IMG/VR virus record: IMGVR_UViG_2974724996_000001
Span: 1-64,000 of that record
From: Oliverunavirus OLIVR1
Lineage: Duplodnaviria; Heunggongvirae; Uroviricota; Caudoviricetes; Schitoviridae
Length of the DNA: 64,000 bases
Strand: one strand, 5' to 3'
Both the position numbers and the translations under genes were made by a program. The notes under the pieces are model-generated. The model was not told the origin of the DNA and made no database searches. It saw nothing but the letters and a program-made list of their open reading frames with translations. Positions within the stretch are counted from its first letter, which is position 1, and each line of letters starts with the position of its first letter. This document shows positions 46,901-54,244 of the stretch, piece after piece.

Positions 46901-49900
46901 GTAGCAATAATACGATCAGCCAGATCAGAAGGGAGATCACCTCGTCCATTATCGAGCCACTCTATGATATCTGTAATAATATCAGAGTAATCATTATTGA
47001 TCTTATCCTTCGCCTGTTGAACAGCGACATCCCTGTAAACCTTCTCTGTCTTGATGCCAAGACCTTGAGCAACGGTCATCCAAAATGCCTGCTCATCAGC
47101 AGGATTAGTCATATCCAAAATGGTACGAGTAGGCATGATAATCTCACGCCACAGCTTATCAGACTGGGGAGTGTTACCACCCTGCATCTGCATACGACCT
47201 ACCTTGGACATATTGAAATCGAAGAACGTAGGTACTTCATTTAGAACCGTACCTGACTTGGCAGCATAAGCAGCCAACTCCTTCATATGCGCCATGATGC
47301 TATCATAGGAGTATTTCAGTGTTCGATTTTTACCTTCCACAGACTTCTCATGAACAGGGTGCAAAGTACCCGGCTCATAGGTCATACCTCCCATGAACTT
47401 CTGAAAATTCTCATAACCAAACTTCTCCATGAAATTAAACATGGTCAAGTTTGGCAGATAAGGAATGCTTGCAGCAGCCGCCAGTGCCTCACGCTGTTGA
47501 GGGGCATTCTCAACCATCGAACGAAGCTGAGTACGTGGTATCTCACCGGACGGCTGACCAATGTGCACACCAAGAGCCTTTGACCCGCCAGTCAAAACAA
47601 TATCATCCAACAGCTTGGCACCTACGCCGAGATCAGCAAAGACTGCCTGAAGCGTTTCAGAACGATTATCAAAGTGGATACGGCTCTGGCTGAAGAACTG
47701 AGGATTACCCTGTGCATCCGAATAGTTCAGCATAATAGGAGAACCAACAGGAACAACACGACCTTTCTCGGTAGTGGTGTAACCTACTTGGATTAACCCA
47801 GCGGCATCCAAACCATGAATGACTTCAGCAGCCACGCCCTGAGCAATACCGATGACCTGAGTATCATCCGCATTAGGGTTCTTATCCACGCCCCAGTAAT
47901 CAATAATTTTATCCGCAAGAGCGGACTTAAATTCATCGAGAGACTGTCCTTGGTTGAATTGATCAACCATTTCCGGAGTCACTTGATCCATAGGAATACC
48001 AACGATATCGGCAATATCCGAACCGTCAAGTTTTGCCTTCTGCTTCTCGCCGTTAATGGCTTGGTTAATACCAGCCAAAACAGCATTCTGGACAAGCTGC
48101 TTATTATATCGAACACCACTTTCAGTACGATCCATGATGTTCAAATTACGACCTTCACGCCAGCGGTTAGCAGGCTTACCTGCCTGAATAGCGGCAAGCA
48201 GCTTCTTACCTTCCTTGGTATTGAAACGTGCATTCATGGCACGGATTATATCAGTACCTTTGGACAGTAATTTATCCAGAGCATCTATATTAGAGCCATC
48301 CGGGGTATAGGGGACATCTTTACCCATGAACTCCACCAAAAGACGCGGAGTAGCCAGCAAATCACGCAACTCATTAATAGGATTAATTAGTCGAGTAAGC
48401 CGAGACTTCTCCGTCTTAGGAACACGGTATGCTTTATGGAATTGGTTCTGACCTTCGCCATCTCCAATATTCAAGAGACGAGGGTATCGAGTTTCCGTGT
48501 CGTCACGGACCTCAGTGTCAACCTCTTCAACTGCTTCCACACTTCTTGCTGCTTCCGCTGCTCTGCGAGCTTTCTTGCCTTCCTGCTCGATTTTTTCATC
48601 TGCAATGACCTGTTCCATATCTACTTCAGGAGTCAATTGCTCGACCTGTTCAGTAGCAGTTTCGACCACAGGAGCCTCTACAGGGGCTTCCTGCACCGGA
48701 GTAGGTGTTTCTGCCTTTGGTTCCTGCGAAGCTTCCTGACGGCTCTCCTGCTCAACAGGAGGGGCCTTTTGATCTAGAACCAAAGAAGGAACCTCAATAC
48801 GGGGCATCTGAAGATCTGGGTAGATCTCAGACATATTATTAGCCAGCATAGCCAATGCCGTTGCTTCTGCATGAACTTGCTTAGCAAATTCAACAGAGCG
48901 TTCATTGTTAAGATGAACAGCGGCAGTGTACTGCTTATCAACAGGGAGCCACTGGTTATTAGGACCAGCAGAGACGTACTTGATTTTCTCACCCTTGCCA
49001 CCAGCAGCAGATTGAGCCAAGGCAGCAACCTTATTTGCCATGGACTGGGCAAACATATTCAAGGCCATCGAACGATTAGCCAACAAAGCTTGATTACCGA
49101 TGGATGCAGCTTCACCAATACCGCGGACATGCTGTTCCATGGAACGTTGCCACGGCTGATTACCGCCAGCAACCTCAATCTGACGAGTTACAATTTCAGA
49201 AGGACGAGGAGCCAGAGTATTACCGGTCTTGGTATCCTCACGTTCCAGAACTTCACCAACCTCTTTGGCATAAGCCTGACCCACACGTTGCATTGCAACA
49301 GCAGCTTTAATCTTGGCTTTTTCCAATTCCGTCAGAACAACATTACCCTTGTCTGACTGAAGCAAAACCTTTTCAGCCATATCAGGATTGACATTCTGAG
49401 GATGATGATCGGCTTGCCCAGCAATATTGCGGGCAGCTTGCTGCACTTCCGGATTACTGATGTTATTATCCGAGATATCAATATCTGGGATTATATCAGT
49501 ATTCGCGGCAAAGTTCAGGGCTTCTACTACCTGCGGGATTTGCGTGATTTTATTCAGAGTCGTAGCGTAGTTATCGAACGCAGCAAAACGCTCATCAGAC
49601 TGAGCTTCATCCAAAAATTCCGGACGTTCTTCAAATAGGTTCTGAGTATCACGAACCTGATCCGCAATGAACAGAGCAGCGGCTGCACGTTCCTCTTGAG
49701 ACTGGTTCACATCGCTAGCGATACGAGCCATAGAAACAACAGCCATTAAACGATCAGGAGCCTGACCATTATAGTCAGTGTTCATTTGTTGAAGCTGTGC
49801 CGGAGACAGACGCTTCAGTTCATCACGGGAGATCGTGGTAGCATCCTGCACACGCTGGATATATGCGTTGGCAGTTGCCTGCTGATCCATAGGAGCAGAA

Positions 49901-51297
49901 GCAGCAATCTCACGGAGACCTTCAGCAACGACCGGAGCTTCAGCCCGAGCAGTCTCGACTTCAGCCGTGACGTTCTCAAGGGACACCGGAGACTTAGCGG
50001 CTTCAGCAGCAGCAATACGTTCACCACGTCGAGCAACGGCACCGATTACTGAATTAACACCTGACATAATACCCTTGGCCGCAGAGCGAGGAACCGCTCC
50101 ACTTGCCTGCAATGCACCGGCAGCACCAAGACCAAGGATTGCACCTTCGGCTGTTGCGGCACCAAGGTTCTCACCGATACGACGAGTTTCATCGGCATTC
50201 TGTTGAATACCAACGTTCTGTGCCGCTTCACCGGTGAGGGACTGAATACCTTCCTCAAGACCTTCACGACCCATATTAGAAAGGGCATGACGAATGCCTT
50301 GTGAAGCCAACGGAGAACCTTCAAAGCGTGCTACCAGATTACCTGTAGCAGCAGCCAAAGGACCTTGGATTGATGCAGACTTAAGACCTGCATTATCAGC
50401 CACCATGGAACGGGCTTCATCAGGAGAGAGGCCAGCATTCACCAAACCACGATATGAAGAGGAATTCTTCATCAGATCTTCGTGGCTCATATCCAAAACT
50501 TCATTAACCACCTGAGAATATGAAGCACCACCTTCCATGACACCAATTGCCAACGGAATAGAGGATGAAGCTTTAAGAGCAGTTTCTCTGGCCCCAACGG
50601 ATGCGATATTCTTGCCAACCTTCGCAAACGTGTTGAGCATTCCACCAGTAGGGGCAGATGCCAGAATGGAACCAACACCTTCGGAGAGACCTGCTTCAAG
50701 CATGGTCGGGTTCTCATAGAGCCTGTATGCAGCATCAGACGCACCACGTCCAAAGGAACGAAGTTCAGCTACAAAGGAACCGTCCTTATCAGCATCCTTT
50801 TCATACTGAGCATCATTATCAGATTTATCCAATTCAGAAGCCATACCGGCCAGCTTACGCTGTGTACGCATAGCCTCAGTTTGCTGAGACTGTAGATACT
50901 TGGCATCTGCATCAACTGTCTGAGCAACAGCCTGTGCAGCTTGAGGACCAAGCAAACGAGCACCCAGAGTGACAGCACCACCAGCAGAATTCAGTAGACC
51001 AATGCCGATATTGGAACCAATATCACTTGCTTGCTCACCATCAGTACGGGCAGTACTCATCAAGGAACGGAGGCTTGCAGCAGATACATCGAGACGATCT
51101 ACAGCTTGTGTAGTAGGCAAGCCATATTTATTCTGGAAATCCAAAGGAGAAAGAGCAGCACGATCTTGAAGGATCGTGTTCTGTGTTGCCACATCATTCC
51201 CACGCATACGCGCCAAGTTCATCGAGGCAGCAGCATCCGGGGAAGTTACCGATTTGGTAATAGACGTGAGGTCATTGAGAAACTGATTATCAGCCAT
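40966..51297 (-). CDS. virion-encapsidated RNA polymerase-like giant protein (N4 gp50 vRNAP-like), 3443 aa
   Basis: Single 10.3-kb ORF; central region has RGVTKNPLTISIYGSGIDGI (T7-RNAP motif-B-like R..K.....YGS); size and position match the 3500-aa N4 vRNAP. Confidence 0.75.
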   Translation of the reverse strand: MADNQFLNDLTSITKSVTSPDAAASMNLARMRGNDVATQNTILQDRAALSPLDFQNKYGLPTTQAVDRLDVSAASLRSLMSTARTDGEQASDIGSNIGIGLLNSAGGAVTLGARLLGPQAAQAVAQTVDADAKYLQSQQTEAMRTQRKLAGMASELDKSDNDAQYEKDADKDGSFVAELRSFGRGASDAAYRLYENPTMLEAGLSEGVGSILASAPTGGMLNTFAKVGKNIASVGARETALKASSSIPLAIGVMEGGASYSQVVNEVLDMSHEDLMKNSSSYRGLVNAGLSPDEARSMVADNAGLKSASIQGPLAAATGNLVARFEGSPLASQGIRHALSNMGREGLEEGIQSLTGEAAQNVGIQQNADETRRIGENLGAATAEGAILGLGAAGALQASGAVPRSAAKGIMSGVNSVIGAVARRGERIAAAEAAKSPVSLENVTAEVETARAEAPVVAEGLREIAASAPMDQQATANAYIQRVQDATTISRDELKRLSPAQLQQMNTDYNGQAPDRLMAVVSMARIASDVNQSQEERAAAALFIADQVRDTQNLFEERPEFLDEAQSDERFAAFDNYATTLNKITQIPQVVEALNFAANTDIIPDIDISDNNISNPEVQQAARNIAGQADHHPQNVNPDMAEKVLLQSDKGNVVLTELEKAKIKAAVAMQRVGQAYAKEVGEVLEREDTKTGNTLAPRPSEIVTRQIEVAGGNQPWQRSMEQHVRGIGEAASIGNQALLANRSMALNMFAQSMANKVAALAQSAAGGKGEKIKYVSAGPNNQWLPVDKQYTAAVHLNNERSVEFAKQVHAEATALAMLANNMSEIYPDLQMPRIEVPSLVLDQKAPPVEQESRQEASQEPKAETPTPVQEAPVEAPVVETATEQVEQLTPEVDMEQVIADEKIEQEGKKARRAAEAARSVEAVEEVDTEVRDDTETRYPRLLNIGDGEGQNQFHKAYRVPKTEKSRLTRLINPINELRDLLATPRLLVEFMGKDVPYTPDGSNIDALDKLLSKGTDIIRAMNARFNTKEGKKLLAAIQAGKPANRWREGRNLNIMDRTESGVRYNKQLVQNAVLAGINQAINGEKQKAKLDGSDIADIVGIPMDQVTPEMVDQFNQGQSLDEFKSALADKIIDYWGVDKNPNADDTQVIGIAQGVAAEVIHGLDAAGLIQVGYTTTEKGRVVPVGSPIMLNYSDAQGNPQFFSQSRIHFDNRSETLQAVFADLGVGAKLLDDIVLTGGSKALGVHIGQPSGEIPRTQLRSMVENAPQQREALAAAASIPYLPNLTMFNFMEKFGYENFQKFMGGMTYEPGTLHPVHEKSVEGKNRTLKYSYDSIMAHMKELAAYAAKSGTVLNEVPTFFDFNMSKVGRMQMQGGNTPQSDKLWREIIMPTRTILDMTNPADEQAFWMTVAQGLGIKTEKVYRDVAVQQAKDKINNDYSDIITDIIEWLDNGRGDLPSDLADRIIATMGSDASMHGLHGLVSVANLFKARTDGSDVTQFEHFNYLEADGKTNGPIMTVALFASRMSGDVIRILRKGGIFLGEQDRSLNDHISSGRDTADLYESTTVSTGGFMDAFRETHSGNPKVIDRLNTLQRVMSALDANITLENDKDGNPTLKLKRGVTKNPLTISIYGSGIDGIAGKVATALLDTIYEKMSEGLVSGANLNDLTYNGFNNDLGQLLGETLNVNPKGEIEFHAAKGNDKSPAGVMSPKQYNALKSHVRVLFVDQMHKGIEDQILRHVNPSTQALQKATQLQSIFLTAAYQEAVYSTMLEKRNDPEFRQGDWLSQNDQKAIFKNISKLAAIIKTGTQNFFISGSEKSNIVPSVKFTGQDGKEFTVRAPETFGEAMDGTLGSPAYMFGPSPAGVKGVPSMVIGTGDGMIMQHMFAKGKPFNSLPVFDGINFSGKDMDAGSRKANEGVYEAMLANPMRAIADAFNTFLANDPVSMLLEGDNIDEVRQFIVDEVSKTVAGKRTLKGEDILTAEQIRNELISIADTLNELAMETDARNIVLREMSLSVDQMASAESPFSTEGTLATSLDADEMADIFNSRFEQVLADLKAGKDTAPAIEESSNAVLESLMDTTTPSESGTRIATIPSLMIWLDNAAKDLSTDQKTMMSSALQSLKNTGYRIVFGTRDQLNQYEATNYPEQYVSSDYLGKIVPETRHIYVTNITGETLLHELIHAATLDKVIGYYDNAVGLDGSDRDAVRRIEGLMGEWVVQSTEADSENLNTARASATNQVAGYIQQGNTALAVNEFMAWTLSNQELIKGAKKVSVKNPLFRIVGDALNALKTLIFGQRGPAVSDDIYSNLRFNTRILMKTPTPTELLRKDVRKAALFQSVSFGSNQRLTDLRNRFVAKVSEYLVDPTDPVGYRGRELDVAAAEVNAADVLASRVAGAFNMDAQAVSTFETIHTAMALETSLNPNALSRVQSIYKKVIDVLKVEDLMSDPLSTHPAVRASAQNKFDVITGAYLAKTDKLGRSDRLSTFLSLAMVDEGFRKFLATVDLPKNEQDMAGTTDAYLDNMGNNVLDNLTQRFAGDAGSKNVQEALDKLSIKMSEVAAADNLFFEQYTSGGMDKLDNFLKDNINKLSDKVIDVTNDVIKGSANKLVQNSARVVRFAATLANETTATEAVKGITSALNQTENLTVLREFVNEIVGRTKENASVFDMISEVRSAVQQTRQQFREKLPQQLASKFKRPLTAQTKTELFHGLAKTDAAALFERFGVQGTLDLISDDARLKAQISTLEGSISSLAPTRVKHLLAKSRQLATYMNTGNYGNNLLRNATAIAHLFGEIGQARKVDAELVKQIDALVSMYAIEQLDPHMRTNLSELVRNESEGMNYLLSYLVGTRSDEMSNVNTGNARINNYKGYVPSLAQQGVSLIVANDRRMGELAQRGYRPVGPYLGSTADNSRVSRSYYYAPVSGRATYNQGVLQTVHQTANGVQPGTGYSLENVSGRITDPTKIAQITRLIKNQKPTSEPLLPVYNEDGQIIAYERAMDPAMNAYLNKSTDLLDMAGVWRGRQVEEKLAQVYNDKLISNLSDIWNAAKKEKRTGEFVDLGTSTDPIHVDTWKLIPDSVRAEIKNKFGKDGFMVRRDMINDAVGFRSASVGDLWTGDTRISDATAKRVSDIAMGIFGKDAYQKLVGFERSLQNIVTELKVLIVVKSVVVPVSNALSNVYQLMHRGVPLRAIYNGMTQKTTETNDYVKRRVQEVQLDADLKAAQGRNDSVAIRKISNKIEAIRDSYKRMSIWPLIEAGEFSAITEGGVSNDDLKLSSIIDRATKYIPDGLRTPYRYGVLTKDTALYKGMAKAVQYSDFLAKAVLYDDLTKRQKMSKEEALGRINEEFVNYNRYAGRVRNYTESIGLIWFWAFKIRSLKIAVSMIRENPARSLLMGFMPPSLPLVGNVGDPISDNILTVALEGRLDNSIGPSTGLRAPTLNPWYALFK

Positions 51298-51365
51298 AGT
51301 ATCCTCAGTAATGTAATCATTCTTGATGGGTACATCACGTATAGATCGTAGCTGCTAAAATGGAA

Positions 51366-51386
51366 AGAGGGGGATCGTCCCCCCTC
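51366..51386. terminator. GC-rich hairpin agaggggga-tcg-tccccctct between gp51-like and vRNAP genes
   Basis: 9-bp stem, 3-nt loop, U-rich on both sides of the minus transcript; near-identical hairpin at 58599-58617. Confidence 0.45.
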
Positions 51387-51391
51387 TCATT

Positions 51392-53860
51392 TTATCGATT
51401 AATATTTGTACCTGTATACGGTGCCAATTGGCCGGAACCAGAAACAGAATTAAGCCTTGTATTAACCATTTCCAATTGGGCCTGTGCTTGCTGAAGCATA
51501 GCACGAAGTTCTCCATTAGAAGGATCAGCCTGTAGGGCAGCACTTGCACGTAGGATACGTTCTTGCAATGCAGCAGCCTGAGAAGCCAGAAGCTGCACTT
51601 GTGCCTGTGCCTGAGCTTGGTTCTGTACCGTATTTAAGCGACCAACACCCGGACTTACATTACCTGCCTGATTACTGCCCGCATTACGGAAGTTATCCGC
51701 CAGTTGAATAGCCCTCTCAACATTGATACGGCTACCGGATCGGCCTTCAGTTGGTCCACCAAAACGGTCACCTGACATAAACGAGGTACCAAACCAGCCA
51801 CCAAGATCACGGCCTTCTACAGAGTTTTGGGCAAGTACTGCCGCCACATCAGCAGGCATACCAGTACGCCGCATTATCTGATTAATGGCTTCAGTAATTG
51901 CAGTTTCCGGAACAGAAGACATGACACCCGGTGCATCCTTCGTACCTTTCAAGGTACGAACAATAGCAGCGGTATCTTGCCCAGTATACGGACGCTGTGC
52001 CAATTGCTGTTCTACCGGAGCCAAAGAATTAGACAGAGTATCGATGATACCTGTATTTGCAGCCGTCTGAGCATTCTGTAACAATTGAGAAGGTGTCAAC
52101 GGAGCAGGTGCCTGTGAAGAACGTGGAGCAGAGGCGGTAACTTCATTCTGAGCAGGCGTTGCGCCAGAGGTAACCGGGATATCATTCCCAATTGGAACCC
52201 CACGATCATCCGTCCGGAAATCAGTAACGTTATTTGAAGACGGAGCAACAGTATCTGAAGTGCTTTCCTGACGGTTAGCAACTTGTTCGGATACAGGTGT
52301 AGCTTCAAGATTATCAACAGCAGTTGGTGCTACTTGGATCGGAGCATTCGGATTACTGCGAGTACTTTCCTGAATAATAGTAGTAGCAGGATTACCCGTA
52401 TTACCAACCGGAGGCACGGAAGAAGCAGAGGCAGTGGTACCTGTACGCGCACCACCCCCTTGAACTACTGCATCACGTACCATTTCTGATGGCGTAGTAC
52501 CCTGAGAAGCGCTGTTAAATGCATCACGCAACCAAGGAGCAGCATTTGCTCCTTTGCCACCAGCACCCCAGACACCGGGATTACCGAAGCCAATGTGCAT
52601 AGTACCCTTGCGCATATAACCATCACCGGCACCAAAGCCAGTCAGACCACGCTCCTTACCCCGACGAACAATTTCTTGAAAGATTGGAACGTCAGCAGGA
52701 TTGGACCAATCTAGACGCTTACCATTGCGGTAAAATTCCACATCAGCAGCATCTCCGTCATTGTGACGAACAGAACCGGTACCAGAGGCTTGGTCCTTTT
52801 GGCCCCCAGAGAAGACACGCATTTCAATGCCCAACTCCGGCAGGAAGCTCATGGCATCAACCATACGATTAGATACCGGAAGATTACGACGAGCATTTTG
52901 GTTGTCATAACCAATGTAAGGAACGCCAGATTGCTCTGTATTCTTAGCAGCCCGGGGGGTAACCTGAGCGTATTCTTGAAGGATCACTGAAGGTGCACGG
53001 CTATTAGGAGCAGCGGGAGAAATCGAACTCAGAACATCTGGTTTGGGGAAATAAATCTCACCTTTCTCGGTGATATCCTTGGTCAGATTTTCTAGCGTCT
53101 TCGCATCCATGCCTTGAACACTACGGAGTTTCTGAAGAGCATCAGGAACATCCACAGCATTCTTGACGATGGAGTCAAGCAGACCCTTCTGTCCTTGGTT
53201 CCGGTAACGCTCATTGAAGTAGTCAGTGTTTTCTGCAACACTACGATTGAACTGCATACCGGTAGAAGCTGCATTGGTATTACCGCCCATGAAGTTAGCA
53301 ACCTCATCAGCGGTCATACCAGCGGCAGTAAACAACCGACTGTTCTCAGTCATCATCTGACGACCGCGAGCAATTTGAGCAGGATCACCACTCTCCATAA
53401 GAGCACGAGCCTGAGTCATTACCTCATTGGCTTGCGGGAAATTTTTACGTTGCTCATCTGCCCGAGCAGCAGCAGATATCCCCTGATCCAGATTAAACTG
53501 AGAGGTCTGGTTCTGGATACCACGGCCATCATTTTGAAGACGGTAGCCCTGATTATTAATCAAATCCCTCTCACGGTTCTGAAGGAACTGTCGGGCTTCT
53601 GGATTAAGGTCACGACCGCGCACACCAGCACCCACCGTACCAGAACGGAGAGCGTTAGCATATGCATCGGGATCGGTATAGCGGAGGGCGTCCATTATCA
53701 GAGAACCAGAGACATCAGCCCTACGGTTCTTATTGAAACGATCCAATCCCTCATTAAGGCCAGATGTAGCATTGCTCAGCAATGATGAAGCAAGCTGCAA
53801 GCTCTGAGCTGTACCGGAGAAATTAGGCGCATCAACATTACGCCATGTAAGCGGGGCCAT
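51392..53860 (-). CDS. virion protein with LAS/M15-type zinc peptidase (peptidoglycan hydrolase) motif, N4 gp51-like
   Basis: 822 aa; SGGQKDQASGTGSVRHNDGDAADVEF ... GTMHIGFG fits the SxHxxGxAxD ... H metallopeptidase pattern; Gly/Ser/Thr-rich C-terminus. Confidence 0.5.
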   Translation of the reverse strand: MAPLTWRNVDAPNFSGTAQSLQLASSLLSNATSGLNEGLDRFNKNRRADVSGSLIMDALRYTDPDAYANALRSGTVGAGVRGRDLNPEARQFLQNRERDLINNQGYRLQNDGRGIQNQTSQFNLDQGISAAARADEQRKNFPQANEVMTQARALMESGDPAQIARGRQMMTENSRLFTAAGMTADEVANFMGGNTNAASTGMQFNRSVAENTDYFNERYRNQGQKGLLDSIVKNAVDVPDALQKLRSVQGMDAKTLENLTKDITEKGEIYFPKPDVLSSISPAAPNSRAPSVILQEYAQVTPRAAKNTEQSGVPYIGYDNQNARRNLPVSNRMVDAMSFLPELGIEMRVFSGGQKDQASGTGSVRHNDGDAADVEFYRNGKRLDWSNPADVPIFQEIVRRGKERGLTGFGAGDGYMRKGTMHIGFGNPGVWGAGGKGANAAPWLRDAFNSASQGTTPSEMVRDAVVQGGGARTGTTASASSVPPVGNTGNPATTIIQESTRSNPNAPIQVAPTAVDNLEATPVSEQVANRQESTSDTVAPSSNNVTDFRTDDRGVPIGNDIPVTSGATPAQNEVTASAPRSSQAPAPLTPSQLLQNAQTAANTGIIDTLSNSLAPVEQQLAQRPYTGQDTAAIVRTLKGTKDAPGVMSSVPETAITEAINQIMRRTGMPADVAAVLAQNSVEGRDLGGWFGTSFMSGDRFGGPTEGRSGSRINVERAIQLADNFRNAGSNQAGNVSPGVGRLNTVQNQAQAQAQVQLLASQAAALQERILRASAALQADPSNGELRAMLQQAQAQLEMVNTRLNSVSGSGQLAPYTGTNINR

Positions 53861-53869
53861 GGTATCTCC

Positions 53870-54244
53870 TTAACGGGAAAGCGAATTATCACGAATATAC
53901 TGATCAACCGAGTCCTGCGACTGGCCTTCAACCACACCACGAGAACGTGCACGGTCAGAGAGGGTTGTGTTATAGGACTTTATCTGGTTTGCCAGATTGG
54001 CATTTGTGATATCCTTGGTAAATGCGAACTGCTGCTTAGCAAGCTTTTGGGCTTGAAAAGCATTCCAAAGATTACCAACAGTTGAGAGACCACTTAGACC
54101 CAACTGAAGAGTATCCATATTAAAACCCAGACCAGAATTACCAAACATACTGGAACCGGGAGCACGAGGTGCGGGAGGATAGTAATTCGGATTATTCTGG
54201 TAAGTAGACAAGGTGGAGTAATCACCAAACATTTTCTGCTCCAT
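53870..54244 (-). CDS. small virion protein (N4 gp52-like by position)
   Basis: 124-aa ORF between two large structural genes. Confidence 0.45.
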   Translation of the reverse strand: MEQKMFGDYSTLSTYQNNPNYYPPAPRAPGSSMFGNSGLGFNMDTLQLGLSGLSTVGNLWNAFQAQKLAKQQFAFTKDITNANLANQIKSYNTTLSDRARSRGVVEGQSQDSVDQYIRDNSLSR

